Numbered from the whole stretch's first letter, positions 11,887 to 25,264 are shown. The stretch: 63,994 bases of DNA, filler included, from Thelocarpon superellum (GCA_026025795.1; 4 parts of 4 records of this genome joined end to end with filler, not necessarily neighbours in it), one strand, 5' to 3'. A program made the numbers and translations. Notes: generated by a model not told the origin, from the letters alone.

Positions 11887-14800
11887 ATGGCAGGCAACGG
11901 CAACGTCGCTCACGTTTCCTCACTCGACCCTGCCTCCACACGTATCAACGGGAGCATGCCGCCCATCATCTCCGCGGCGGATGCACTTCAGCGTAAGCAT
12001 GAGGCCGAAGCCGCCCATCGTGCGACCGTTGAAGACGACATCGATGAAGAAGACATTGCTCATCCACCGCCGAGTGCGAATCCTACGGCTGCACACCATC
12101 TGGATACTGCCATCGATCCGGCCGTCGGATACATGTCGGCCAAAGCCGCGGGAAAGCAGAAGGCCGCGGACGAGCCAGCGCTGGACGAGATGAGGGCACC
12201 GCTAACTCAGGCCCAGCTCAACACGCAGTCGCACGAATTATTTCCTCAATTGGGCGCCGGACCACCCGCACGCAAACCACGCCCTGTGGCCGCCGCATGG
12301 GGAGCGAAGAAGGTCAACGGCGTGGCTGCCGCGGGCGCCAATGGCCACTCCCATCCTGCCTCCAGCACGACGTCCTCGAGAGCCTCCACCCCGGCCTCGG
12401 GCCCGGCCACGCCCGGCTCGGCCTCGGCTTCGCACAGCCTTGCAAGCCACGCGAACTCGCAACGAGGACCGGTCCCGCAGCAACTCTCCATCCCGGGCAG
12501 GTACAGTGAGCGTATCACCCTCTACCCCCAGGAGATGACCCCACGGGCTCAGCTCAAGAAGCCCGTGCCCGACGTGCTGCGAGAGATCAACAAGCGGTCC
12601 AAGGCTAAGGTGCAGATGTTTAGCGGTGCCGGAGGGGCCGTGCAATTTGAGGCCACGGGGCCCGTTGAGCCGGTGCGACAGGCCTTGAAAGAGGTCGCCA
12701 AAGAGCTTGGATCCAAGCAGTCCACCAAGGTCACCGTTCCCGCCTCCGTCCGCCCTCACATCATTGGCCGTCAGGGCGCTACGATTCAGGGCATTTCCCA
12801 GCGCACGGGCGCGCGGATCCAAGTGCCCCGGCCCGAGAACGTCTCGAGCCTGCCTGCCGACGAGGATGACGATGCCGGGGCCATTGAGGTCCTCATCGAA
12901 GGCGACTCCGTCGCTGCTGAGATGGCTCGCCGCGAGATCGAAGCGATTGTGAGCGAGCGCACCTCGAACGTCAACATCCGCATGAAAGGCATTCCCGCCG
13001 AATACTACGCCTTTCTGGCGGGCCCACACAACTCCCGACTGGCCATGCTGGAAGATGGACGCGATGTGCGCGTGCACATTCCTCACCATCATACCTGGAC
13101 TGTTGAGCCACCACAGCTATCGTCGCCAAATGAGCGGCCCATCTTCGCCGCGGCTACGACGAATCCGATTCGCGTTTCGGGTGAACGACTCGCTGTGCAA
13201 GAAGTGTGCGCAGAGATCGAACGCCAAGTGCAACACCTTCGAGAGAACATCACCCTTTCCCAGTTGGACATTAATCGTGGCCAGCATCAATTTGTGATTG
13301 GGGAGAAGGGCACGTCGCTACACGATTTCCTCGCACAGACGGGGTGCACGGTGTTGCTGCCGCCAGACGCACACGACACGGAGACGCTGACCATCCTCGG
13401 TCCGCGCGAGCAGATTGACCTCGGCCTCAACAAGGTCATGGATCTAGCTACAAGCATGCAGATGGCCCACGTCGACATTGCCCGACAGCACCCCCACGCG
13501 CCCCTCGGCCCCGCCGCTCACGCCCGAAGTCTGACCCGTTATTTACAGCATCGGAAGGAGATCGAGCGACTCGAGCGCGCCTACGACGCGCACATCGCCC
13601 TGCCGGGTGCAGATGGTCCTTCTACGGCGTGGGAGATTTACTCCCGCGACGGCAAGAATAATATCCGCGCACGCTCGGAAATTATCAACATCATCAACGG
13701 TCACCCGCCTGCCCGGCTCGCCCACGTGGACGTGGATCCCTTTTACCAGGCTCACGTGCGCGACCAGAGCGCCCAGCGCCTACAGAAAGATCATGGTGTT
13801 GCCCTCATTCTCCCCGACACGCCGGATGAGGATCAAGTCCTGCTAGTCTTCGAGGGTCCCGCCGCACTAGGGGATGTCTATGAACTTCCCAAGAAAGCTC
13901 CCTCGGCCGGCGAGGTGCAGGAGGGTCAGCGGGCCCTGGTGGAAGCACAGGCCATTCTCCAAGCGCTCATTCGAGAACAAGAGCCAGTCGTCTCACGGAC
14001 TATTGACATTCCCAAACGGTAAGTGCGCGACTACTCCGCGTGGAGATGAGGCCTTCCTGACTTGCGAAGATTTCAGGAGAAGGTCCAAAAACACGTGAAC
14101 CGCGAGCGATTACGACTCTCGTCGGGCTCGCTACCGGTCCGAGTGCAGATTGGGGCATCGATGACGACCAAGGGCCAGCCAGGTGGATTGCCTCCAGGGT
14201 CTGGCCCCGTGGGCGTCATCCCCGTATTCATGCAAGGTCCCGTCGACGGTGTCAACGCCGTGACGGAGAGCATCGAACAATTCGTGGTGGCAGAAACGGA
14301 ATACGAGCGCGAGAAGGACTATGTCACGGTGTTTGACTTCCCCCAGAAGTTCGCCAACTACCTGATCGGAAAGAAGGGGGAGAATATTCGCAAGTACCGC
14401 GAGGAATTCGACGTCGAGATTCAGGTCAATGACGGCAAGGTGGAGATCAAGGGCCCCAAGGTCAAGGCGGAATCGGCCAAGTCGCGAATTGCCGCCCTGG
14501 GCCGGAAGCTCGAGGACGAGACAACGCACGTGCTCAAGATCAAGCCGCAGTATCATCGTGACCTCATCGGGGCCAAGGGCAGCCAGGTCAATCGCCTGCA
14601 AGACCGTTACCACGTCCGCGTCAATTTTCCGCGCGCAGCGCCGACGGGAGCGGCGAACGACGACCGGTCCGTGGGCGACCAGGCGAGCGATGTTGGGGCC
14701 GGTCCACGGTACGGTCGCCCGCCTCAGGCGCCAGACGAGGTGGTGGTGCGGGGGCCGCGCAAGGGGGCGGACGAGGCGAGGGAGGAGCTTCTGAATCTAC

Positions 14801-16173
14801 TCCAGTGGACCATCGATCACTCCTGCACGGCATCCGTGTCGGTCGCGCGCAACCAAATCCCCTTGCTCATCGGCCAGGGTGGTCGTGAGATGGAGAGCCT
14901 CCGAATGACGACGGGAGCACAGATCGACGTGCCGGACGGCAAACGCGATGGCGGAGCCGCGAGTGGACGGGCCGAGATCCGACTGAAGGGCACAAAAAAG
15001 GAAGTGGATGAGGCGAAGCGCATATTAGAGCAACGGGCCAAGACCTTTGATGAGACCATCGTCCGCACGCTTGAAGTCGATAAGAGCCACCACAAAGCGC
15101 TGATTGGTGGCGGTGGTAAGAATTTCAAGCGAGACCCGACGGGGTGCGCAAGCTGATCTCTGACAGGGGCAAACCTCCGCGACATCGTGATCAAGGCGGG
15201 TGGACCGGACGATCGACGCGAGCTCGCTCGCACGGTGCGCTTCCCGCGACAAGACTCGGACGAGACGTCGATCAAAGTCGAGGGGCCGAGGGAAGTGGTG
15301 GAGAAGATCATCGCGGCGATGGAACTCATCATCCAGCAGCGTGAGAATCAGGTAACGGATTTGGTCGAGGTTGCTGCGGAGAAACACCGCATGCTCATTG
15401 GCCACGGCGGAGAGACACGGCGCAAGCTCGAAGCACAGTTCCACATCGGCCTTGAGATCCCGAAGCAGACAGCATCGGCGGAAGCGCGCGGGAGCGTGAA
15501 AGTGACGGGCACGCCGGCGGACGTGGCCAAGGCCAAGGCTCATATCTTGAGCCTGACGCAGGAAGCGCATGGCCAGTCGGTGGAGGTGCCGCGGCGCCTG
15601 CATCATGTGATCGCCGACAATGGCCAGTTCTTCCGCCGGCTGCGCAACGAACACAAGGTCTTCGTCGACCACGCGGGTCAGACGCCACCGCCGCGCAAAG
15701 CCACGGGACCGGCGGTCCGGGCGCGGGCCAACGGCAGCGCCTTACCCCTCATCACGGACGAACCGGCGGGGGCCGAGCGATTTTCGTGGGAGCTGGTGGA
15801 TGAGAGTGCGTCTGGGGCTGAGGAGGGCTCGATTCCTTGGGTCTTACGTGGGTCGCCGGAGCACGTGGGCAAGGCCCAGTCGCTGCTCGAGGCCGCGCTT
15901 GCCGAGGCCGCGCAGCAGCTGTCGACGGGCTATCTGATCCTCCCGGACCCGAGCACGTACCGCTACGTCATTGGCCCTGGGGGATCGCAGGTCAACGCCA
16001 TTCGCAAGCGCACCGGATGCAAGATCAACGTGCCACGCGACCAGGCCAAGGGTGAAGCGGTCGTCATCTCGGGCAGTAAGGACGGAGTGGAGACGGCCAA
16101 GGATATGATCCTCGACGCCGTCCGGGCGGGAAGCAGCAGCGGTGACACCGCACGCCGGGGCAGCCGGGGGTGA
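11887..16173 (+). CDS. SCP160: Vigilin/Scp160 multi-KH-domain RNA-binding protein (3 exons)
   Basis: Many KH GxxG loops (IIGRQGATI, VIGEKGTSL, LIGKKGENI, LIGAKGSQV, LIGQGGREM, LIGHGGETR, VIGPGGSQV). Introns 14019-14069 and 15116-15166 join the three large ORFs. Confidence 0.93.
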
Positions 16174-16888
16174 CACGTGACGTCCTCATGACGAGTCTAG
16201 CTTGCGTGATGTCTCTGCGTCACCACTCCAAAAGTGATAAGTCTCCAATCTGTCGGGGCGGATCTCGTCTTGCATTTGGGCCTCGGGTCGATGTATCTGG
16301 TAGAATGTGGTGATGGTAAGCGGACGAGATGACGGCAGCGTTTGCGTGACGGGAACTGGACTTCGCCAGGAAGTCTGCATGACGATTCCCCAACTAAATT
16401 GACGGTGGAAGCCTATCTTTGGTGCAAACACCGAAGCTCGTGGAGCACTCCCTCGGTCCAGAACCTCGAAGATTATCAAATACTCCGTGAAAGGAGTGCT
16501 CCCAAGACTGTCGATGCAGTGCGTCGCTTAGCCCTGCTACCGCGAGTCAGGGACCGCGAGTCAGGTAATGGAAAGGTCTTGCACAGCAGACTAGACGTGC
16601 GCGTTCGTGGCACGCTGCGGGGAGGATTGGTCTCACTGGACGGACCTCGGTAAACCAGAGGACGAAGCGGACCAGAAGCCCGCAGGTCTCTAGAGATCGG
16701 CATGGCTGGGAAAAGCACCTGCGGATCGTCCCGGACTTGTCCGACATATTCCTGCTGGGTCGTGAAAATATAATCCAGGCAGTCTGCAATTGACCGCTGA
16801 CGACGTGTGCCAGTGGGTTCTACCTGAGCGTCCACTGTCGAGCATCATGGCCTCCGTCTTCCGTGTAGCCCCCACGGCGTCCACGCGT

Positions 16889-16988
16889 NNNNNNNNNNNN
16901 NNNNNNNNNNNNNNNNNNNNNNNNNNNNNNNNTTAATTAATTAANNNNNNNNNNNNNNNNNNNNNNNNNNNNNNNNNNNNNNNNNNNN
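16889..16988. other. Artificial contig spacer
   Basis: 44 N + TTAATTAATTAA (stops in all six frames) + 44 N, identical to the other two spacers. Confidence 0.98.
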
Positions 16989-17717
16989 TCGATGCATCTC
17001 CACTTCTTTGCTTTTCCCAGCGCTCGATCCATAGCAAACAAGCAGATGGGTCCCTACCTATGAGATTGTTGAATGAATGCAAATGCCTCGCAAAAGCCGG
17101 TCTCGATGATTCTTGATCCTTGACGATGAGGACGGAAGAAAGTGTTGCGCGGTGGGAATACAGTGTAGATAGTATTAAGGCTAGCTAATAAACCTCTGCT
17201 TGGGTCTCTCCATACTAGTTATATGCGAACCAACAAAGCAATGATGATGATGATGATGATTCTACACCCTCTTGGACAACTGTTCCAGCAGTAGCAATAG
17301 TAGTGGCAGTGGCAGTGGGATATCTACACAACAAAGTGGGGGGTCTGGAGCATTGACGATAACAAAGATACTACTAGTATAGTTACTACATGTCCAGATA
17401 GGGATTCCGACCCTGAGAAGTGGTGGTAAATACATTATTTTCGTACTTCTTCATTTCCGTCGTCGTCAGTCCTCATTGACTATCCACGTACGAAGTACAA
17501 CACAGCAAAGCCTCCTACGTAATCCCTGTCTTGTCCGTGTCCGTGTCCTCATCCTCATACTCAGGCTCGTGCATAGCATGAGTGAGTGGGTCGGTGAATG
17601 AGTCCAGTAAATACAGTTCGATAGTTACTCCCTGATGCAATCATCATCATCTTCACCATCCGCCGTCAAACCTCGCCCCCGAGCCGATCCGAAGACTACC
17701 GGGTAAGAAACGATCCG

Positions 17718-18497
17718 CTAGAATACCCGAATCCCCGCCACAAACACACCCATCATTACCAGGCCCACCGCTTCCTTGACCCCGGACCCGCTAAAGTGCA
17801 ATGGCGCGGCGGCACCAGATTGGACCGTTGGCGAGCCCGAGCCCGTGGACGTCGGTTGTGTCGATCCTCTCGTCGTGCCGGTGTTGGTCGCTCCAGCACC
17901 AATGACCGTGATGGCCGTGACAGTGCTACGGCTGCCATTCGGCAAAGTGGAGGTGCTGAGGATGGTAGAGGTCGATTTCGTCGTCGTCGAGCTGGTGCTG
18001 GATGTCGTGCTGGATGATTGCGAGGAGGATGCGGTGGAGCCGGTGGAACTGGAGGTAGAGGATAACGTGTTCGACGTTAAAGAGCCGGAGGTTAGGCTCG
18101 ATGAACTGACGGACCCCGTGCTGAGGCCAAGGCTGGTTCCCGTCGTCGTCGTGCTGGTCGAGGTCACAGGTGCGGTTGACGAAGAAGTCATCGTAGCATT
18201 TGATGGAGTGTGCCGCTTCGCCTTGACCATCAACCGCGTCGCCTTGGCCGCATTGTCGCGGTGGACCGCTCCGGCCGCCGTCTGATCGTTGGCAAAGACG
18301 CCGTGGTGGAATTTCGTCGAGACCGAGTCGTGCAGCGCGGCGTGCAGCGACTGTTCCGGCACCGAATCAAGCAATGCTTGGAATCCGGGCTTCTCATGCC
18401 CGTTGCGCGAGTCTTGGTGCCCCTGAGCTGCCGGCGGAATGGCAAGGCTGAGTGTGCAGAGGAATAAGGCGAGGAAGAGGGTGGAGATCTGCCGCAT
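17718..18497 (-). CDS. Secreted Ser/Thr-rich, probably GPI-anchored cell-surface protein
   Basis: Signal peptide MRQISTLFLALFLCTLSLA, a small N-terminal helical domain, a dibasic KR site, a long S/T tract, and a C-terminal SGAA...hydrophobic tail (AVGLVMMGVFVAGIRVF). Alternative in-frame upstream ATGs exist. Confidence 0.8.
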   Translation of the reverse strand: MRQISTLFLALFLCTLSLAIPPAAQGHQDSRNGHEKPGFQALLDSVPEQSLHAALHDSVSTKFHHGVFANDQTAAGAVHRDNAAKATRLMVKAKRHTPSNATMTSSSTAPVTSTSTTTTGTSLGLSTGSVSSSSLTSGSLTSNTLSSTSSSTGSTASSSQSSSTTSSTSSTTTKSTSTILSTSTLPNGSRSTVTAITVIGAGATNTGTTRGSTQPTSTGSGSPTVQSGAAAPLHFSGSGVKEAVGLVMMGVFVAGIRVF

Positions 18498-20241
18498 GGA
18501 CGGTGCTCCGGCTGAAGAGAGTCTTGACGACATTGCCGACATAATCGGCGTGGTATTCTGCATCGGTTCAATGCAATGTGAAGAGCGGAGGTGGGCCGTG
18601 ATGTTGTTGTAAAAGATGAGCGAGAGAGGTGGAGGGACGACCGGAGAGCTCGAAATCCCGCACTTCCTCGGTCTAGGCACAGCGCAAGTGTCACTTATGT
18701 ACGTGCGGTGTAGAGGAATCGTTTGTACTCTTTTCCGAGTCAGCTAATGATGCTCTCAACCAAGCCCAGGGTCGTCTGAAGAATGCAAGCTTACCTGCTG
18801 CGGACCGAACGCTGTTTGCAAATGTCTGGAGGAGGCTGGCGGAGAGACGGTGTACCGGGGGCGAGCTCCTCGTCTCCCGTGAGCTCGGTGTAACGTGGTG
18901 AACCCCACTACTAGCTGCGTTAGTCGGACGCACCTCCAAAGCTTCTGCAATTGAAGGTGCAGAGTCATACAGCACCGGATCCACGCACGGGAGGACCAAG
19001 ACCACGGAGTGACCGACTGATGCAATTCGTCTTGGTCCTCGCGGTGAGGTGGTGAGAACGCAGAAATGTGACGTTTGAGTCACAGAGGGATCACAACATG
19101 GGAAGAAGCTCACCTCCGCACGCTTCAGAGGCCGTGCTACCGAGCGCCAGCGAGCCACGGTGGGCCCGATCGAGGGACCTGCTCTCTAGGGAGGATCGGC
19201 CAATCCTCAACGTCACTCGACTAACCCGTTGCAGGCAAATGTTTGGTTTGGTTGGTGGAGGCCGGTCCCGACCTCAACCGAGCTACCGTGAGCGTCCGGC
19301 CAGCGACGCGAGTAGCCCCGTAAAACTTCGAGTAGCGAGCACCTGTTGAGAGCACTCGTCGCAGTGCTGTGGCAAGTGATTACTCGTATCGTGCCAGTCC
19401 GTCCGCTTCACGCAGTAGCTGGCACCGCCACGCCACGTTGCTTGGCCCAATCGATTTTCCCTGGCCCTTGCAAGCTGCGACGATCGCGCGTCCTACTGCT
19501 GCAACTACGATGACTGGTACCGGTAAGTGGTCGCATCGCTGTCCGATCGTGTCGTAGGGCTTCCATCCCGGTCGAGCACAGCCTCATTCCTATGTTTAGC
19601 AAAGCCGAAACTTGAAATGTACTTGATATCTCACAATCTACCCGGTGCACTCCACACTCCACACCCCCACTTCCCACTCCTGGAGGCACAAACGGAAATC
19701 TCGATCCCTAAGGCTTGACCCTAAAGTACACAGATTGTAATGACCACCATCGCACGGGTGACCCACTCAACCACGTATTCCATCATCCCGCCCCATACGA
19801 ACGAAGCGATGTGGGTCGGATTCAGGTACGGGGAAGTGCCGCAGCATACCGTTGGGACCAAGCCAACTTGGTAGCCAAGAGACAAGACAAGAGACAAGAG
19901 ACCAGAGACCAGAGACCAGAGAAATCCCGCACAAGAATCGCATGCACGCGCCAGGAATCATGGTCGCACGTGTAAACAGGGAACGTGCCCTGCATCGATG
20001 CCCACGCGTCCAACGCCGATGTTCGCCTCGCTCATTCCGCCGTCGATACAGATTGCAAGGATGGGACCACGGTGACAGGAGAGAGTAGGTGGGGAAAGGA
20101 CGGGGCAGCTCGACCAAATCAGACCCGGGCACGACAGCTATTTTGGGCCATCGTGCCCGTCTGCGTGCCCAAGACCGGGGCCTCGACCCCAGCACATGTA
20201 CAGGCTGCCAGGGTCCGGCCACGCCCGATCAGCATATGCAA

Positions 20242-22164
20242 TCACTGCGCCACGTTCAACGCCCCGGATTGCTCATTGATCGATGCCGTCGAGCTGTGTG
20301 CGCTGTCGTTGGCGCTCCCCGGGATACGCTTCTTCCGAAGTTTATTGGGCGCTCTCCCGTCTTTCCGCTCCGTGTCGCTGGTAGGGGAGCGGGCGAAGAA
20401 GGCGGAGAAGGTGCGCTCCTTGGCCGTGGTGGAGAGATTGCTGGTGGATTGGTTCGGGAGAGATGAGACGACTGGGTCGGGCGATGGATGGGCCTGGTCG
20501 TTGCTGGTCGCGCGCTCCGATAGGAGGGTGCCGATGGGTGGTAATTGCGGCGCCTGGTCCTTGTTGGACACATCCGCTCCCGACCCGGGGCCTGACGAGC
20601 TCTGCGTGGCCATGGAGGCGCCGGATACCTCACGCTGCTCCGGCAGACTGGTGTTCATGAAGGCATTGGCGAAGGGCGAGGATGCTGATGGAGGTCCTTG
20701 CGGCACGATGGGTAATGGAGCGGCCGTCCCGACGCCCGGCGTGTTCGGCTCGGAGGATTTGCTAAAGCGGCCCGAGGGAATCGCGGGCGATTTCTTGGAC
20801 GGTAGCGTGTTACTTCGATGCACGCTGGTGCTCCCCGGGCTGGCCGGCGCGGGGCTGATGGGGCTCTGCGCCGGGTTGGAAATTCGCGATTGCTTCGATG
20901 AGACCGACACGTTGCGTCGTAGCCCGCCGAAACGACGCACGCTGTCCGCGCCGGCGCTGGCGGCCGACGTGGACCGTCCCAGGTTATCCGACGGCCGTCC
21001 ATGGGCGGCGCTTGGCGGCGTGGATGTCTGGGGCGAGCCACCGCTCTGCACCTCGCGCACCGTCTCCTCATCGGCCGCAGTGCCACGCATGCCGATCAAG
21101 AAGTGATCTTGCTTCTCGATCAGGAAGACCAAGATGTCCTGGCTCAGCCGGTACTCGCCCGGAGACATGTCATGTGTGGGATGCGACAGCATGCCCGGTT
21201 GGAAGATGGCCGCCAGGTTGGTCGCCGACATGCGGTTTAGATCCGATTTGGACGCGAAGACGGCCAGCAAGTCCAAGATGTAGAGGAGCAGCTGGCGCGA
21301 GAGGGGAGGCAGTTCGGTGATGAGCTGTTGATAGATCTTGATCGTGGCCTCCTCGTCGAATCCGCCAACATCCTGCGCCTGCGCTTCAAGGTCGCCTACG
21401 GCTTCCATCTCGTGATTGCGCAATGGCTGACGGAAGCGTTCGTAGAACTGCAGGGGCACGACGGGCTCGGGTAGTTGGTTCAGATAGCGCCGCAGGATGT
21501 TGGCCGCATCGTGCACGGTGTAGCCCGTCCAGTCCAGCCCCTTGCCATATCGATCGGGCGAGTCGAAGATGTTCTGCAAGTCCTTGATCCGCTTGGCCGA
21601 GCCGCTGAGCCGAAAGATGCCTTCGACATCCGTTGCTGCATCCCATCAGCCACGAGGCCCCACTCGACGCTCGCCACGCCACTCACCTTTTTCTTTGAGA
21701 AAAACGCCACATTTGGCGACGACAATGGGGACGTAGCCATAGATGAAGCTCTTCCCGTCGGCATCGGTGAGCGAGATGGCGACGTTGGCGTATTTGATGC
21801 TCTCCGAGAGGGGGACGGCAAAGATGCCCGTGGGGGGTGGTGCTATGGGTCCAGCGCATCAGCCTGCTTCGGGAAACGACGCTCACGCTCACTCATGGGG
21901 CTTCAGGGACAACGGGTTGAAGGAGAAACGGGGGGCAGAGAATCCTGTGGCGAGGCAGACGCGGATCTTTGACGCGCGCAAGCCATCACGATCGGTGCAC
22001 GAGGCACATCGGCAAGACCCGCTGTCGCGCGCGCGTTCATGAATGGGACAGCAAAAAGGAAAGCGCGTACCCTTATCCTCCTCCTTCTTGGTGCGCGACT
22101 GAAAGCGCTTCCACCACGACATTAGATCACGATCGCGCTTGGCAGGGGACACCTGGGTGGTCAT
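20242..22164 (-). CDS. Rho GTPase-activating protein (Sac7/Bag7-like; 3 exons)
   Basis: MTTQVSPAKRDRDLMSWWKRF...|GIFAVPLSESIKYANVAISLTD...YGYVPIVVAKCGVFLKEK|ATDVEGIFRLSGSAKRIKDLQ (arginine finger GIFR), HDAANILRRYLNQLPEP, NRMSATNLAAIFQPGML. Confidence 0.9.
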
Positions 22165-22850
22165 GGTAGTACCGCGTCAGGGACCGACGGAGGAGGGGTG
22201 ATCGGGATGAGATTGCGTCGAGCACGAATCCGAGGCGAGGACCGAAGGGAAGGAGGCGGGATGGCAGGAGATGGAAGTGGGTGCGACGATGGTGGTGGTG
22301 GTTTGGCGGGATAGAGGAAGCTCTTGGATGGGCGTGTCTCGCTGCTGCACACGACTCGACGCTGGGCACTAGACGTGCGAAGGATGAAAAACACCGGGAC
22401 GGCACGAGGGGTGGACAAAATTGGCGTGGGCCGCAACGAAGCCCGGCATCGTTGGCACGAAGCGGCGGGGGCAGATTGGTGGAGGGAGGTGGATCGGTCG
22501 GGTTGATGATGGCCGGGTTGATGGGCGGGGGAGATCAGCCCTCGAAAGTGGTCGGATCCTGATGAAGGTGCGCGGAGTGGTGGTGAGCCCAGCTGAGCCG
22601 TGGCATAGCGCGAGGGCGGTCGGGTATGGGACGACGTACTTTGCACTCCAGGTTTCTCCTAGCCCAATCTCAGGAGCCTGAAGCGTATTGGCCGCGCTGA
22701 CAGGGCGTGAGCGCCAGTTGAGCACCAGTCGAGCTCCAGTCGAGTGCAGTACGTCGAGTCGTGTCGCGCCCCGAATGCACCTCTCGCAGTTTGCACCACG
22801 ACCCTGAACTACGGAGTACGCTCCGCACACATTTGGCGCGGGACTATGTT

Positions 22851-22887
22851 ACCACCACCACCACCACCACCACCACCACCACCACCA
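22851..22887. repeat. (ACC)n microsatellite
   Basis: About 12 perfect ACC units. Confidence 0.95.
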
Positions 22888-23343
22888 CTACCGTGCTCGA
22901 TCTGGTTCTTGGTTGCCTGGTCTGAGTAAAAGGCTCCTAAGATAGGTTGAGGGATTGGGACGAAAACTTGTCCTCCTGGTGGCCGTGTAGATACGGTTGT
23001 CACTCAGTAAGCCACCATGCCACGACTACGTTTAGGGGTGGTATGAAGAAGCCATCAGTCGCTTCCTTGAACGCTTCTGCTGGGTGGTGCACGAAGTATC
23101 AGATCTTGGAGGATAGATCGCGGAGGATGGATCTCGGGTGGTAATCGTGCATGAGGAACAGGGGAGAGCGGCTGACGCGCGGGCAACGCAGCGCTGAAGC
23201 GAATACCACAGACTGCCTGTTGGGAGCCGGAGCACATCCGCCTCGTTTCAGGATGCTGCTTAGCGAAAGCTTTGGGTGATAAGTTATTCCGGGCTCGCCC
23301 TCATTCCTGCTTTCGTAGCCTCGGATCGGATAGGGTGTGTGTG

Positions 23344-23409
23344 AAAGGGACGGTCTAGGTAGGGTAAAAGGGACGGTCTAGGTAGGGTAAAAGGGTCGGT
23401 CTAGGTAGG
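23344..23409. repeat. 23-bp tandem repeat, ~2.9 copies
   Basis: AAAGGGACGGTCTAGGTAGGGTA at 23344 and 23367, plus a near-identical partial copy at 23390. Confidence 0.92.
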
Positions 23410-24617
23410 TTGAGGGAAGGTTGAAGGTCTTTGACGTTTCTGGGCCAGTGGATTCAACTCGCGCTAATTAAACTTGTGTGCTGGGCGGGCGAGAGCCCGC
23501 GATATTGAGCGGTCATGTGGAGCCAGAGCGCACGTGACTGCGGTTCCTCAGCTAAGGGAGGACCACATACTGTTCCGGCCATGAGCCGGCTGGTCAGAGT
23601 GCTACGCGCACCTTGAGAATAGGAACCCAGTCTACGGCTGGTGACCCTGCTAGAGTCCGGCGCCAGAGGGCCACAGCGTCCCTGCTGTTATACATGAAGG
23701 GCTCTGTCCATCGAACCCCTCAAAAGCTGCCGGGGGCCTGGTGTGGAATCTGAAGGCGCTACTACCTTCGCCGATTGCCTCCAAGGTCGACTGGGTCGCG
23801 ACGACGAGCGGGGGTCTCGTGGCGATCCGCTGAAGACTCACCAGCGATGCCTTTGTAGATTTGGTGATGCCCACAGCATGGAGTCGGCCCTCGCGTGGAT
23901 GAACGGCCGATTGAACTTGTCATCCTTGACCTTTACGACCCACTGCGCGCTGGACTCGAAAAGGCGTGGGTAGTAGCCAGCCGAAGACTAGTGGATCAGA
24001 CCGACCACGGTCTCTTGGCGCCAGAGGATGTTGCGTGGGGCAATGTCTGAACGGCAGAGTAGCAGCGGGTAGTCCCGGAAGGACATTTTGTTGGTGATGG
24101 AAAGACTCGACTGTGGGACTAGGCTTCCACGTCGTTGAGCCCCTGATACGCCAGAGCCTCCTTGAAGGACAAAAGAAGTCCACGGGAGGGACCGCCTCCA
24201 GCTGGTAGGAGGGTTTGCGCAGTACGGAATCAGGTCCTCAACAGGCGATTCTGGCTGCGGCGAGTGGAGAGGGATGAGTGCACATATGAGAACGATGGCC
24301 GGACGAAGTACTCGTACTGGCCACAGCTCCTTCCTCTCGGGCGCTATCGTGCTTGGGTATGGGTTTGACTCAGCCGGCTCTGCTCACGCGGTAGTGGAGA
24401 AGCAGGTTCCGTCTTGCCCGCAGGCGCAGTTGCGGAAGCGAGAGCGAAATATCGGCACCATCGACAAATATAGACGGCAGCTACATCTACAAGAAGTTTA
24501 CTCAGCATGAGTACGAGCTCTCGTCCAAGCTGGTATATGTAGCTTCTGCCATCTTCATCTCCCCGAACCACCACTCCTATCCCTTTGACCAGCCAACAGG
24601 GCAATTGTCGCGCGAAG

Positions 24618-25264
24618 ATGGACAAGTAAGTAGCGCGTCTCATCTGCCTAGAGGCGGACCTTCTCAACTTGAGCTCGGCATGGCCCAGCGACATCATCGC
24701 CATGTTTCCTGTCTTTTCTTGCTCCCTGGTGGACGGGTCGAGTGAGTGGCACGCTGACCGGTGATGTACCCCATGCAGCCTCAATGCATCCGAACAGCGC
24801 GAGCTACAAGGGCGGATGGAGAAGCGGCAGATGAAGGAATTCATGACGGTGAGCCTCTTTGCTCCGATGTCCAGTACCAAAAAAAGTTCCCTTTCCTTTT
24901 CCCCTTCCCCTTTCCCTTCCCCTTCTCCTTCCCCTTCTCCTTCTCCTTCTCCTCCATCTCCTTCTCCTTCTCCTTCTCCTTCTCCTTCTCCTTCTCCGCC
25001 ATCATCCCACCTCCACCGCCTGTCCGACTCCGTCTCACCGCCCATCTAATGCTTGTCTCGCGAGTGCAGATGTACGGCAAATTAGTGCAGCGATGTTTCG
25101 ACGACTGCGTGGACGACTTCACGACCAAAACGCTACATAGTCGAGAAGAAGGGTGCGTGATGCGTTGCGTGGACAAGTTCCTGAAGGGTTCGGAACGACT
25201 CGGCCAGCGCTGGCAGGAACAGAATGTTGCTATGATGCAATCGGGGCAGATTCCGGGAAGATGA
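24618..25264 (+). CDS. TIM9: Mitochondrial small TIM chaperone Tim9 (3 exons)
   Basis: [78 protein letters not shown] has the twin CX3C motif. Introns 24626-24778 and 24849-25069. Confidence 0.95.
24887..24997. repeat. Pure polypyrimidine (CCTTCT/CCTTCC)n tract in TIM9 intron 2
   Basis: About 110 bp, nearly all C/T, with hexamer periodicity. Confidence 0.92.

Noticed and set aside
16442..16502. GGAGCACTCC...GGAGTGCTCC inverted repeat downstream of SCP160
   Set aside because: A single 10-bp stem with no TSD, no second copy and no RNA motif, so it cannot be distinguished from chance.
16933..16944. TTAATTAATTAA palindrome repeated three times at ~16.9-kb spacing
   Set aside because: Embedded in N runs. 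It is an assembly linker, not a biological repeat or recombination site.
22926..22934. Reverse complement GCCTTTTAC equals the U5 snRNA loop 1
   Set aside because: The flanks do not form the U5 stem and no Sm site follows.
23271..23470. Possible telomerase RNA (ATAAGT 5'-splice-like site, G-rich repeats)
   Set aside because: No TAACCCTAA-type template or Sm site was found upstream, and there is too little room for a typical filamentous-fungal TER.
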